64,000 bases of DNA from a virus (Duplodnaviria > Caudoviricetes). The DNA lies in IMG/VR virus record IMGVR_UViG_3300012280_000034, positions 299 through 64,298 of that record; one strand, given 5' to 3'. Made by a program: the position numbers and the translations under genes. A model generated the notes under the pieces. It worked only from the letters and a program-made list of their open reading frames with translations. It was not told the DNA's origin and ran no database searches. Shown here in pieces: positions 45,681 to 57,358 of this stretch; within the stretch, counting starts at the first letter, position 1, and every line of letters begins with the position of its first letter.

Positions 45681-46891
45681 TTTCACCCTCCCTTTTCTTT
45701 TTATAATCACCGCAATAATTTTTGTGACTGTGTGATGTAATTTCCGTTGGGTCAAATGGTTGTTCACACCTCGGGCAATATGGCATGAGGTCATTCAAGT
45801 AACAATTTTGAAGGTCTCTGAATTTGTTCAATCTAAACCTTTTTGTGTATAATTCATTGACTTCTTTGGCATATGATTTTTTACGCTCAATGAGTTCATC
45901 TAACTGTTTTTCAAGTCTCTCTCCGTTTGTAGCGAGCTCAACCATGGCGTCAAACGGGTCAATATAAGCTCCACATTCTGTACATTGTATTAATCTGTTT
46001 TTAACATCAATTTCATAAGCAGGAGGTTTACATGTACATATTTTTCTACAATCCCTATTGATTTTTATTACATCAAAGGAAATAACTTTATTGTCATTCA
46101 TCTTTTTCTCCAATCAGGATTATATCTATTTATATATCTCTCATAGTTATCCCATGCTTCATTTTCATCCTCTGTTGCATCTGGTCCAACATTTACAAGA
46201 ATATATTCGCTATTTCCTTCTGCTTCCGCTAATTCTTCTTTGGTTATACCGCATAAATCAATATCTTCGTTATCTGCATCCTCTGCTTCAGCCTCTATGC
46301 CAAGCGGACAACTCCAACAGTAGCATTTTCCATGCTCTTTTTTATTTTCATCAGGATCCGTTTCTTCTTGTTTTGGATGTGTGCAGCCATATCCGTTATT
46401 GACATCTGTTTCTGATGTAAAGTAAGGGCATGCATAGGCGAACTCATCAAAACTTGCTATTTTACGGTTCATCTTCTGTCTCTCCTTGGATTTTTTACAC
46501 TTTTGCATATAGTTTTCCAAAAAACGAATCTTCGTTGATTTTGTAAGTTTTAAACTCTAATTTCATTCCTTGCCCTCCCTGCATAAATCTCGCTCGTATA
46601 CCATTTTTCCGTAATACACGGATTTTTTATTCGTACACTTCCTGCAGTCATCGAACATCGTTTTTTCGCCGTGTCTACAATCTAAGCAGGATTTCATTGC
46701 TACACCTCCTTCGCATTAACTGGCTTCTCAAAATTTAGCCACTCAACCATAGATTTATATTTCAATAACAATTCACCTTGATTTATATCCGGATGTTCAT
46801 CTCCTAATTCAGCTATAATTGATTTAAAAGCTTGTATATGCGGTTCTTCATTGGTTCCTGTTACTTGATTGAAGTATTGTGCATTAGTCAT
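45673..46891 (-). other. Hypothetical early genes (45673-46113 Zn-binding, 46098-46520, 46700-46891)
   Basis: ORF track; CxxC motifs. Confidence 0.6.
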
Positions 46892-47340
46892 TGTTGTACC
46901 TCCAAAAGTTCAGGATTTTTAAATGAGTTGCCTAAAATCTTTGTATCGAACTTCTTTGCATTTGCTATAACAAAATACAAATGAGTATCTCCATATGGAC
47001 TATGACCTATCAATTTAGCTTTAAAGCATGCATCTTCAAAGTAAATCAAGTATCGTTTTACAATTCTTCCATTATTCAAAGGACTGAAGTAACTCTGTTC
47101 TAAAATGTCACCTTCATATATCATCTCTCCTGTACTTGGAATGACCTCTTCTGTATATTGAAGAATTTCGTAATCATCTGCATGCTCTGCGCATACCGTC
47201 CAATTATTATCCTTGTCAGTACCCAGTCTTATAAATGTCTTACTGTTTAAAGATTCTATAAATTTGAAATTTTGCATATTTGAAATCATTTCTTGATTCT
47301 TCTTATCCCAAATCTGGAATTTTATTTCTCTATTCATCAA
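46888..47340 (-). CDS. YopX family protein
   Basis: MNREIKFQIWD, LQYT, IYEGDIL, GNSFKNPELLE. Confidence 0.88.
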   Translation of the reverse strand: MMNREIKFQIWDKKNQEMISNMQNFKFIESLNSKTFIRLGTDKDNNWTVCAEHADDYEILQYTEEVIPSTGEMIYEGDILEQSYFSPLNNGRIVKRYLIYFEDACFKAKLIGHSPYGDTHLYFVIANAKKFDTKILGNSFKNPELLEVQQ

Positions 47341-47499
47341 CTCACCCTCCTAATCCTCAAATTTTTAATAAACTGTCCGAACGTCTCATAATATTCACAT
47401 TCGCCTTTAAGCCAAATCTTATAACGTGCCTTGCCGATTGTTTCTGCATCTATGAAATGTTCTCGTTCAAATTCAAGATAATTGTCGTAGTAGACGTAC

Positions 47500-48528
47500 C
47501 TATTCATCTTCTACCTCCACAACATCAAAATACTTTATTTTTTCATCCTCACACCATTTCTTATAATCATCCACGTCAGTTACGCCACTGTTCAAACATT
47601 CTAAATGCCTGCTGAAATACTCAAGGAACTTGTCCATCCGTTTAGTTCCGATTCCGTAAGCCTCATAGATTGAGTTGCAGGCTATCGGATAAATCATCAG
47701 AAGAGCATTCCTTGTCGCATCCGTTTTCGCTTGTTCAACAGCGGCATTGTATTTTTCGTGATATTCTTCAATGGCTTTGTCAATCTTGGGTTGGATTTTA
47801 CGCTGTATTTCAGCATTAAGCTCGTCAATGAGCTTTTGTGCCTTTTCATTATTGATATAATACTTTTCATCAACTTCATCTTCTAAATAATCCTTCATTG
47901 TTTTAGTCAGTGGAATTGGCTTGGGGAAACTGTAATTCCATTCACCCAACAAACTAACCATGAAAGTCCTATCTCTGTTCTGAGCAATTCCGTAATTCTT
48001 GGCATTTAGAGTTTCAACATAGTTTGAATATCCTTTATCCTCAAGAAACTTCTGCCACAAGTGAAAATCTTTTATATTTTGTTGTGAAATTACTTGGGGT
48101 ACATTTTCCATTAGGAGCACCTGCGGAAGATTGTCAACCTCATTTAGCAGCCTTTCCACTTCCCACAACAACCCGGACCTTGTGCCGCTGTCTTTAGTCA
48201 TTCCTTTCATTTTGCCAGCCACGGAAAGGTCTTGACAGGGGAACGAGTATGTCATTATGTAGCAATACTTATTTGTATTTACGACCGCTAAATCAGTTCC
48301 CTTAACCTCAGTAATATCTGTTATTTTAAAATCCGTTCCGTGTATTGCGTTATAACTTGCAAGGGCATATTTATCAAGCTCAACCACTCTATAATGTTCA
48401 AAATCAACTCCTATGTTCCGTAATGCCATCGCTTGAGAGCCAACCCCGGCAAAAAGTTCTATCAATCTTACAGGCTTGTCTATCTTGAACGTAGGATGCA
48501 TTATGTCAAATATTGATATATTGTCCAT
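47500..48528 (-). pseudogene. C5 DNA cytosine methyltransferase lacking motifs IX-X, fused in frame to an unrelated C-terminus
   Basis: LFAGVG (I), FPCQDLS (IV), ENV (VI), QNRDR (VIII) present; sequence changes character after KLIDEL; no GNS motif X. Confidence 0.65.
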
Positions 48529-49083
48529 CTAATCACCATTCCCCAGTACATAAACCTTCGCCATATGCCTACCGTTCGCTAAAGCCGTTTCCAAATCCTC
48601 AACGTAAATGTCTAATTTATTACCAACTATCGCTGAGCCTGTATCGCGCACCGTCCTAAAACCGATTCCGTCTATATAAATTTTAGTCCCATTCGGTAGA
48701 ACGCCCCAATCAGCTGCTACAGTATATCCTTCCAATACAAGTTCGCCACTTGCCGTGATTCCATAAAACGGGTCGTCCGGTGTTTTCCCCGTGCTTTCAA
48801 CTCCCGCAGTGTAATAACTAATATCAAATTCACCCGCATACTCACTTGTCACGAAATCCTGCATCAGCTTGTCTTTATCTGAAACAATCCTCTTTGTGTA
48901 AGCTAATTCAAGCTTTGTCTGCTCGTGCTTTTCCTTCTCAACAAGATACCTGTTTTCAACCTTAATCAGCCTGTTTTCATAATTCTGAATTTCAATTTTA
49001 TGCACTTTATCCGACTGCTGCATCACGAAAACTAATGCACCAAGCAGAAACATTTGAAATATTAAAAGTGTTTTATTTTTCAA
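48529..49083 (-). CDS. Membrane-anchored 3D-domain (MltA-like) protein
   Basis: N-terminal TM, coiled coil, TASG...VAAD...GTKIYIDGIG...DTG.AI.GNKLDIYV. Confidence 0.88.
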   Translation of the reverse strand: MKNKTLLIFQMFLLGALVFVMQQSDKVHKIEIQNYENRLIKVENRYLVEKEKHEQTKLELAYTKRIVSDKDKLMQDFVTSEYAGEFDISYYTAGVESTGKTPDDPFYGITASGELVLEGYTVAADWGVLPNGTKIYIDGIGFRTVRDTGSAIVGNKLDIYVEDLETALANGRHMAKVYVLGNGD

Positions 49084-49092
49084 TTTATCCTC

Positions 49093-49898
49093 CTATGCAA
49101 AACCAAATCCTGTTTTAATTAAAAACCATTGTCCTTCACCTTGCCTCTGATACTCAACTTCCGACAGAGGAGCCAACAAATGCACTCTCCAATCATTATC
49201 AGGGTCTTTTTTTGCCATTTCTTCAGCATCGGCAAATGTAATGCAGTCTTCCCACTCTTTGTTTCTTTCTTCCCAAATAATTTCGCTATTCTTGATTAGT
49301 TTTGCCTCTCCAAAACCAACAGCAATAACTTTTTGCATAGGTGCTATTTGTGGTTTAAATCCGCAAGTTCCACATCCAACAATTTGACTTTCCAAAGGTT
49401 TTTCTTTTTTCCAATTCATCCCTGCCTCCTATTCTCATTGAACATCGCGCCATAACTATTCAAATATGCATCCCTCGTCCTGTGCGCCTGCTCAATTTTC
49501 TCTTTTTCCAATCTGTATCGTTCACACTCACCGTGACACCCAAGGTGACGGTCTGTGCATTTTAAACATACTTTCATAAATACACCTCTTATATTGATTT
49601 TATTTTGGATATTTATGCATTCTTATCCTTGTTTCATATACAGCCTTACAAGTTCTTTCCTAAGCTGCACTGCTATTCTTTCAATCTCAGCATTCGTAAC
49701 TGTCTCTACAGGCTCTTTTTCTACTTTCCAATGGTAATCCCATATACCAACATCAGTTCTTCTTTCAAATTGCTCGTGCCATTTTAGCGCTCTTTTTCTC
49801 CATTCCACGTAATCTTTATTGTATTTTTCAAGCTCCGCGGCTTTCTCGCATAGCATCTCGCTTAATGTTTTTACAATCTCTATTTGTTTTATTTCCAT
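49093..49898 (-). other. Hypothetical early genes (49093-49419, 49623-49898)
   Basis: ORF track with SDs. Confidence 0.6.
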
Positions 49899-50160
49899 AA
49901 CCATACCTCCTATTTTCTTCTGTGAGCTATTTATTTGTACTTTAAAATCGTTTTGCACCTCTGCTTGTCCTATCCGTCGATTGAGAGTTAATTTTCTTTA
50001 AATCGAATTTAAAGACGTCACTTTTTCAACTTAATCAACCTCAACATTTCTTGTTGTGCTAAAATCCCCAAGGAATTCATTCCAAACTGTTCAATTTCCT
50101 CAATTTGTTTAGCTTCTAAATATGTTTCCAATTCGGCTATGCTGTTTAAACCATCTGTTT

Positions 50161-51483
50161 TCAATCGAATTCACTCCAATCAGATTTTTTTCTTCTTTTG
50201 GTTTTTCCTTTTGTGTCATAAAGACCAAGTTCTGAGTACATCATGTATTTTCCCTTGAACTCCAACTCGACAGCCCCAAGACTTCCCCGCCTATTTTTGT
50301 TGATTACAAGACCGATTTTATTATTTTCAACGTCTGTTTTCCAAAGCATCATACTCTTGACAAGGTCTTGTTCAATTGCTCCGCTGTCTCTATAATCCTT
50401 CAGTGACGGTATTTCTGTTTCGTCTTTATCCCTGTTAAGCTGCGACAATAAGAGTATTGGACAACCAAGGTCGGAAGCTAAGATTTTCAATTCTCTTGTT
50501 ATTTGAGCAATGTCTAAATTCCTGCTCTGTTCTCTTTTTACAGGTGACATTAATTGCAAGTAGTCAATTATTATCAGCCCTAAATTTTTGAATTGCTGGC
50601 AAGTGGCTCTTACTGTAGCTGTTGTTAATCTTGTGTGGTCTGCTATTATCATTGGCAACTTTGATAAATCATTTGATTTCGAAAGTATTTTGCTGTAATA
50701 AATATCTTCAGTCTCTTTTGCAGTCCCCTTAAATTTTTCAATCAAATTGTCCATGGGTATGTATGCCTGATTGGCTATCATTCGCTCAAAAACCTCGTAT
50801 GCCTCCATTTCCTGAGTAAACATAACCACCGTTTTGCCTTTCTTTGCGACATTCAATCCGATTGTTGTACCTAATGCCGATTTTCCGCATCCCGGGCGTG
50901 CCGCTAATCCAATCAGCTGACCTTTGAACATTCCTTTCAACATACTGTCAATCAGAGGAAATCCCGTGTCGCATCTATTGCCGTCGTCCTTATTTGAAAG
51001 AAAATCCAAATATTCAAACGAAACATCTAACATGGTTTTAACTCGTTTTTTACCGTCTTCCGCTCCAGTTCTAAGTTCATATAACCCTTGTAACAATTTT
51101 TCTATGTTTGAATCAAGTTCGCCAGTGTCATTCAAGCTTTGAGAAAGTATCTCTTCAAACTCACGCCTTTGGTGTAAATCCTTCAGAAGTTTTAAATTGC
51201 CCTTAAGCTCATATTTTGTGATTACAGTTTCAGCACATCCCACCATGTGGTTTGAGATAATCACATCCGCATATCCGCAATTTTTCAAATGTTCTTGAAC
51301 CGTAAATGGCGTAAAATCTTCTTTGTTCACATAGCAGAATTTTGCTTTCTCAATTACGTCTCTGTTTATCTTTTGGCTGAAATACTCAGGTTTAAGCATA
51401 TCAAAATGTTTTATCACGTCATTGAAATCTGTGAACAAAATGCCGATTATACTGTTTTCAAGTTCCAAATTTACGTTTTTCAT
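50161..51483 (-). CDS. dnaB: DnaB-like replicative helicase
   Basis: AARPGCGKS, IIDYLQLM, LSQLNR, RDSGAIEQD. Confidence 0.93.
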   Translation of the reverse strand: MKNVNLELENSIIGILFTDFNDVIKHFDMLKPEYFSQKINRDVIEKAKFCYVNKEDFTPFTVQEHLKNCGYADVIISNHMVGCAETVITKYELKGNLKLLKDLHQRREFEEILSQSLNDTGELDSNIEKLLQGLYELRTGAEDGKKRVKTMLDVSFEYLDFLSNKDDGNRCDTGFPLIDSMLKGMFKGQLIGLAARPGCGKSALGTTIGLNVAKKGKTVVMFTQEMEAYEVFERMIANQAYIPMDNLIEKFKGTAKETEDIYYSKILSKSNDLSKLPMIIADHTRLTTATVRATCQQFKNLGLIIIDYLQLMSPVKREQSRNLDIAQITRELKILASDLGCPILLLSQLNRDKDETEIPSLKDYRDSGAIEQDLVKSMMLWKTDVENNKIGLVINKNRRGSLGAVELEFKGKYMMYSELGLYDTKGKTKRRKKSDWSEFD

Positions 51484-52304
51484 GGTTCTTCACCTTGTTT
51501 CATTTTCGCCAACAGTGTCATATATTGCTTTCTAAATTTACCTGCTGACATTATGTTTGCTTGCCAAAATGGATCTTTCTGACTAAAAACTAATACGTCT
51601 TTTACTTCGTCTATGTCATTGCCGTCAATTCTTACCGTCTTTTCAAAGTCAGCAGCCCACCTTTGCAATGTTTCTTCTTTCTGCAATGGCTTGTTCAATC
51701 TCTTAGCGATTTGCTTAGACAAATAACTTGCAAGCTTATATTCCTTATCCTCCGTTGAAAAAACCGTCTTAACTTTTGTTTTTTTAGATTTAGGTTCAGA
51801 AGGAATAACATCTTCGTTTTCAAGTTGAGATTCATTTTCGGTTTTTTGCAACGAAGAAGTATTTATACTAATCTTACCTAACCTAACCTGTGTCTCCAAA
51901 CCGTACGCATTATGTATACATTCTGTATCCATTTTGTTTCCGACAATTAATTCTTGTTCATTTTTCAACGTATAAGCTTTATTGTTTTTTATCTCAAGCA
52001 TATTCTTTTCTTCTTGATAAACAGTTTCTTTATATCTGTCTTTCTGAATATAGTTATGTATACGCCAATGCTTAATAACGACGATTCCGCTTTCAAACGG
52101 GACAATAAATCTTTTGACAATCAACAACTTTAAATCATCGTCTGAACAGCCCAGCGAACGTTGAATTTTTTTTGGGTTGTTTATAAATCCGTCGTCATCA
52201 GCACGCATTGAAAGATGAAAATATAATGCTTGAGTTGACAATGGCATATCTAAAAATGCATCTGAATCTATAATTGTTTTTGCAAACATCCTTTTCTCTG
52301 CCAA
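51480..52304 (-). CDS. Phage replisome organiser / replication initiator
   Basis: MAEKRMFAKTIIDSDAFLDMPLSTQALYFHL N-terminus; FWQANIMS.GKFRKQY C-terminus. Confidence 0.85.
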   Translation of the reverse strand: MAEKRMFAKTIIDSDAFLDMPLSTQALYFHLSMRADDDGFINNPKKIQRSLGCSDDDLKLLIVKRFIVPFESGIVVIKHWRIHNYIQKDRYKETVYQEEKNMLEIKNNKAYTLKNEQELIVGNKMDTECIHNAYGLETQVRLGKISINTSSLQKTENESQLENEDVIPSEPKSKKTKVKTVFSTEDKEYKLASYLSKQIAKRLNKPLQKEETLQRWAADFEKTVRIDGNDIDEVKDVLVFSQKDPFWQANIMSAGKFRKQYMTLLAKMKQGEEP

Positions 52305-52337
52305 TCTATCACCACCTTTGGGGGATTGCTCCCCCGG

Positions 52338-53228
52338 TTATTCTCCTAAGTCCAGCCAATACACAGGCTCTGTAACTTTCTTAATGCTCTTGCAGTAGTC
52401 GCACTTTCCGCATCCGACAGGCTCTGCCTTACCCTCTTTTAAGTCCTTAACTCGAAGTATGTACGGTTTTAATTCTTCGAGCGTTGATTGTACAAACTGC
52501 TCAACTGAATTTTCATCCTCTGTAGCAAAGGTGATTAAATCTTTATCAGGAGTTTTTTCTTTGCTTGCTGCCATGATGTTAGGAATGAAGTAACTACCCA
52601 AATTTTGCCTGATAATCTCGCAATAAATAGCCATTTGCCAGTCATACCGCCATGCAAGAATAAAATTTACCTTCCGCCGAAATTCGTCACTCCAAGATTG
52701 TTCAGAAATACTCTTAACGATTTTGAGGTCTACGAAATATTTCTGTTTTCGATGGAGCATGTCCACTTTTATCTTGAACGGCAAGCCGTATATTTGCCCA
52801 GTAAACGCAATTTCTTTCTCGGTTTGAGCAATTACCTTATATAGACTTTCATCGTTCTTTAAAACGTCGATTATCTCGTCAGCCTTTTGGAATTTCTCTT
52901 TCAATCCGCCTGCATTTTTACCTTTGCTCGCCATAATCTCGGGATGTTCTTCTATAAACTGCTGCAGTGTTCCTTCCGACCAAGCATGAACATAGCTTCC
53001 GACAAGCATATCCTCTGTGGTTTCTCTTTGAAATTCTCCATTTAACTGAGCCGTCGCTTGTAATTCACATTCTATATATTGTTTCAGTTGGGTAGAACCG
53101 CAAAATAAGCGGTTCATTTCCGGACTGAAATAGTTATTATTATTCAATTGATTTGTATATTTTTGCATTTTGTCAGCAGAAATTTCTTCATAATCTTGTA
53201 TTAAATCTGTAACCGTTATATTACTCAT
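52338..53228 (-). CDS. PD-(D/E)XK exonuclease (DUF3799/RecE-like)
   Basis: GSYVH, KIKVDML...DLK, YDWQMAIY, CGKCDYC; adjacent to recT. Confidence 0.85.
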   Translation of the reverse strand: MSNITVTDLIQDYEEISADKMQKYTNQLNNNNYFSPEMNRLFCGSTQLKQYIECELQATAQLNGEFQRETTEDMLVGSYVHAWSEGTLQQFIEEHPEIMASKGKNAGGLKEKFQKADEIIDVLKNDESLYKVIAQTEKEIAFTGQIYGLPFKIKVDMLHRKQKYFVDLKIVKSISEQSWSDEFRRKVNFILAWRYDWQMAIYCEIIRQNLGSYFIPNIMAASKEKTPDKDLITFATEDENSVEQFVQSTLEELKPYILRVKDLKEGKAEPVGCGKCDYCKSIKKVTEPVYWLDLGE

Positions 53229-53231
53229 TGT

Positions 53232-54050
53232 TTACTCCTTGAAGACGTCAGGGATATCTTCATCGATTTCTTTTCCATCGTCAGCGTCTTCCTCAATTAT
53301 TTGAAATTCTGCTTCTTCGGCGATTATTGCATCGTGAGATTCTACATCCAATATATTCTTAGGTTTTGAATTTTTCTTTTCAAATTCAACATCCGCTCCA
53401 TCTTCCCAGGCTTGTCTTTGTTCTATATTGTCAAAATCAAGAGAAATCATTTTGCATAGTCTTCTTAGAACGGTCTTTTTACACATTTCGCCGTAACTCT
53501 TTGTCCAACTTGTACCTTTCGGCATCTTTGAATAATCGTCTCTCGTCTTGTCGATTTCTTCTTTGCTCATTGTGTCGTATTTCATGCTACCATCTGCAAA
53601 GAAGCAAATTGCGAAAGCCCCTATTATGCTGTCATTGTTAAATGGTATAGGCTTGAAATTCACATACTGCTTACCTTCTTTGATTTCCTCTTCAAAGAAA
53701 TCTCCCTTTCTAACCAATTTGGCGTAAATGTCCCTTATTGGTTCAATGCTGTATTTTTTAGCAAGCTTTATTTCACCTTTATAATCCGTCTGAAATTGCA
53801 AACTGTTTCCGTATGGTATTGCATAACACTCTTTATTCAGAAAATCCAAGCCGAGAAATGCACCCTTAAGCATTGTCCTTGCAACACTTATTGCATTGCA
53901 TTTTTCAATACCTTTTGTGTCCTGTAATACTGTGATTGAGTTTTGCAGAAATCTTGTTTTGTTAAAATCTTTTGGTAAAGCCGCTGCCTTTGATTCAAGT
54001 AGTGAATTCAAGTGTTTATGTGATTCTTTTAAAATTAAATCATTTGCCAT
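53232..54050 (-). CDS. recT: RecT family recombinase
   Basis: GLDFLNKECYAIPY, DYKGEIKLA, YGEMCKKTVLRRLCK. Confidence 0.9.
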   Translation of the reverse strand: MANDLILKESHKHLNSLLESKAAALPKDFNKTRFLQNSITVLQDTKGIEKCNAISVARTMLKGAFLGLDFLNKECYAIPYGNSLQFQTDYKGEIKLAKKYSIEPIRDIYAKLVRKGDFFEEEIKEGKQYVNFKPIPFNNDSIIGAFAICFFADGSMKYDTMSKEEIDKTRDDYSKMPKGTSWTKSYGEMCKKTVLRRLCKMISLDFDNIEQRQAWEDGADVEFEKKNSKPKNILDVESHDAIIAEEAEFQIIEEDADDGKEIDEDIPDVFKE

Positions 54051-55714
54051 TATTTATCTTCCTCTCCTAATTGGTTTTTTACTTTAAATTGGTTATCTTT
54101 AGTACCTTGTGTAATGGTTATAAATGCCTGAATATCATTCTTTTCGCATAACTCAATTACCGTTTTCTGTCTATCGATATCCAGTTTTTCAAATCCGTCG
54201 AGACACATGATTTTCAATTCGCCCATTCTCTGAAGCGCAATCTTGAAAGCCGCATCCATCTTTTCACCATCGCTTAAGCCATCTAATAATGTGCCGTTTA
54301 TGCGAATTAAGCCGTTCTCGTCAACCGATATACCCTCAAGCGGCAGTTCGTGCGTTTTAAGCAACTCTGACGGCTTGTTACGTGCGATTGAGATAATGTT
54401 TGTAAAGTAATCGCTGCGGCTTTTCTTTGTAGTAAGTTCTCCGTCTCTTATGAAAAGCATTCTGTCCCAATCTCTCAAATAGCCTTGCATTTCAACAACT
54501 TTTTCCGCATCAGCTCTTAATGGGTCAACATCTATAAGATTATTATTTTCAAGATATTCAGAGGCTTTACCGATTTTCTCTTTCTCAATTTCAATAAGTT
54601 GTGCGGTTTCTTTTTCAATACCTTCTTTTTCAAGCTCTTTCTTATCATCAAGCCCGGAAACCTCTTGTTCCTTAACGGCTATTTTCTGTTCCTGTTGTTT
54701 TATTTCTTCTTTGCTTTGCTCTTCTGCTATAGCTGTCTGCCTTTTGACTGTTTCTTTCATTTCAAGGTAATTTGCTTTCAATCTTGCTATTTCTTTTTCA
54801 AGTTGCATGTCATAGTCTTTTAATTGATTTTCCAACAAAGATCCAAGCCCATCTATTTTACTTTTTTCTTTCTCAATCTTCTGCTGCGACAAATCAATGA
54901 GATCTCTTAAATCTTGCTTTATTTCGGTATATTTAACATCAAGTCTTGCTTTCTTGGCTTCTGCAGCAGCGTTAATTGAATTAACTTTGTCGTCGTAGTT
55001 ATCTTTTAATGCTTTCGCCTGCTCGATGTATTTATTGATTTTTTCAGCTTCGGAAACTTTGGAGTAGTATTCCTCGACTTTTTTATCTTTCCATTCATCG
55101 CCGTTGTAATTATCAGGCAACCCTCTTTCAATATTTTTAACTTGGATTTCAAGGGTCTTAACGTCTCTGTTTACTTCTTCACGTTCTTTATAAAACTTGT
55201 TCTCAATATCCTTAAGAATTTGCAGCATGTGCTTGTCCGTATTTATTCCATTTAAAACATCCGCATCATTTAGGAACCATTGAATGATTTCATCCGCAGG
55301 ATAATCCATCTTTATCATGCTCAATATAATATTTGTCTGCTCCTTAACAGGAAGTGCTATAAAGTCAAGCGGTCTAAACACATCACCTCTGACGAATTTT
55401 CTAAGTTCTGCTTCAGTAGACTTTATACCTTCGCCCTGCTGCCTAAGTTTGAAGTAGTCTGCTTTATCGTCACGGAGCTTTCTTTCAACTTCAAGTCCGC
55501 TATCGGTTTCGATATAAAGCGTAGCTTCACTTTCACCATGTTTTATTAATTCTGTTCTTCTGCCTGTATTGCTGAAAGTTTTTTCTACGGCTTCGATAAC
55601 AGAAGTTTTTCCGCTACCTGTCGGCCCGATTAAAATATTCAGCTTTGGGTCGGGGTTATAATTAAATTCTTCAATCCCCAAGAAATCTTTAATTTTCAAT
55701 GCTTTTATTTTCAT
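54050..55714 (-). CDS. SMC/SbcC-like AAA ATPase
   Basis: GPTGSGKTS, long coiled coil, LSDGE signature, CLDGFE. Confidence 0.85.
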   Translation of the reverse strand: MKIKALKIKDFLGIEEFNYNPDPKLNILIGPTGSGKTSVIEAVEKTFSNTGRRTELIKHGESEATLYIETDSGLEVERKLRDDKADYFKLRQQGEGIKSTEAELRKFVRGDVFRPLDFIALPVKEQTNIILSMIKMDYPADEIIQWFLNDADVLNGINTDKHMLQILKDIENKFYKEREEVNRDVKTLEIQVKNIERGLPDNYNGDEWKDKKVEEYYSKVSEAEKINKYIEQAKALKDNYDDKVNSINAAAEAKKARLDVKYTEIKQDLRDLIDLSQQKIEKEKSKIDGLGSLLENQLKDYDMQLEKEIARLKANYLEMKETVKRQTAIAEEQSKEEIKQQEQKIAVKEQEVSGLDDKKELEKEGIEKETAQLIEIEKEKIGKASEYLENNNLIDVDPLRADAEKVVEMQGYLRDWDRMLFIRDGELTTKKSRSDYFTNIISIARNKPSELLKTHELPLEGISVDENGLIRINGTLLDGLSDGEKMDAAFKIALQRMGELKIMCLDGFEKLDIDRQKTVIELCEKNDIQAFITITQGTKDNQFKVKNQLGEEDK

Positions 55715-57134
55715 TTAATCCTCCTTATATTCTCTGTTCCAACATTCTTTGCATCTATTGAGTGCGCATCTTTCAAATTCTGCATTAATTCCAAATATAC
55801 TTTTGGGACAAAGGTGTGGAGTGCCATCATCTTCATCCAATTCTACATTCGGAAACTTCTCCAACAGCACCGACAGATAAGTTCTAACCGGATGCTCTTT
55901 TGACCATTGCTCGACGATTGCGATGGCTTCCTCTGTATTTTCGGCTTCATATTCATTGCATGTTTTTTTAGTCCCATTATTGCGATTACCTAAAGGGCAT
56001 TTCATGCACGAACCACAACAGTTATTTGTCATTCTGTGTTTTCTTTCAAATACTTAACTGCATCCATCACAACCTCCTACAGCGCATCAAATTCAGCCTG
56101 AAGCTTTTGCAAATCTGTTTCCAAAGAGCGCTTTGCTGAGGCAAGAATTGCTATGTTATCTTTTAACATTCCTATTCTGCGGTTCAATTGGTTTGCTTTT
56201 TCTAATTTTCCATTATCCATTAGATTTCCTCCCTTAACCGCTCAATTGCCCTTGCCGCAGCACCTATCCCGTTATCTCTGTCATAGAACCGTTCATTAAA
56301 TTCATCATCAGACGATAAATCAATCTTCATGATTTTTCCGTACAAGTAATCAAAATCGGTTCTATAATCAAGCAACTTCTCTGCTTCTTCTGTTGTCATA
56401 TCTTTACCTGTTGCTTGTAAAAATCCCAACCCTTGTACTTTTGAATTGTTATACAATTCCTTTAAAACATCTGCTTTGTTTAATCCTTTGATATTAATCA
56501 TTAGCTTTCCTCCTGCAAAAACTTAATCCATTCATCCATAAATTCAAGGCAATACTCTTTAACTCTTGCCAATTTATGATTCCAGTCATTGTCCATATCA
56601 ATTGATTCTTTGTATGCCTTTTCAAGCACGTCTATCAAATCACTTTTTAAATCCTTATCCACCTTTTCAACCCCATAGGCATCAAGATAAAAATCTCTAT
56701 ACTTTTCTATGTATTTAAGCCCCAGCCTGTCCGTGTATTCCTTCTCTGCGCACTCATAGCATATGTCTTTGTGCATTTCATCATGTGACTTCCATTCGTC
56801 ACATAAAGAGCATTTAAAGACGTCTGTGTATGTTCCTTGGCATTGAGGGTCTGGACAACCAGCGAATATCTGTTCTTCGGTGCAGTATTCTTTTGGAGTT
56901 TCAAATACTGTGTTGCATTCGTCGCATTTATACATGTCATTCCTCCACTACTGCTAAAGAATTAATAAATGCATTTTCCATACGTCTCGACATCATCGCG
57001 TATTCTTCAGGACTTAGAGTTATGCTTTGATTGCCTTTGGTTACTGTGATTTCAATTGCTATAGGTCGGCAGTATGTTTTCTGTGTTCCTTCTCTTTCTT
57101 CTCTTTTTTCTTCCGCAATTCTTCTTGGGTTCAT
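55715..57134 (-). other. Hypothetical early genes (55715-56032, 56220-56501, 56501-56935, 56937-57134)
   Basis: Coupled ORFs; Cys-rich. Confidence 0.6.
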
Positions 57135-57154
57135 ATTTCCTCCTATTTTTAAAT

Positions 57155-57204
57155 AAAAAACACCGCAAACTGTTATCTCTTATCCTCTGATAACTAATTT
57201 GCAG
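57155..57204 (-). terminator. Long-stem terminator within the early arm
   Basis: CACTGCAAAT..GTTATC / GATAAC..GTTTGCGGTG followed by TTTTTT. Confidence 0.7.
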
Positions 57205-57358
57205 TGTCTCCCGTGTTCTTGGTGATGCGGCACTCTAACATCTATTCGGTTGTAAGTATTCATTGTATATCGACCTCGCTAACTTTGGATTTGCAAGCTT
57301 AAATTTCTGATGATTCTTAGCGAAATAACTTTCCGTTTTTTGCTCAGGCGGTAGGTTA

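Noticed and set aside
51880-51945. Origin iterons inside the replisome organiser gene
   Set aside because: Only weak GTATAC/GTATCC-like echoes are present, too degenerate to call by eye.
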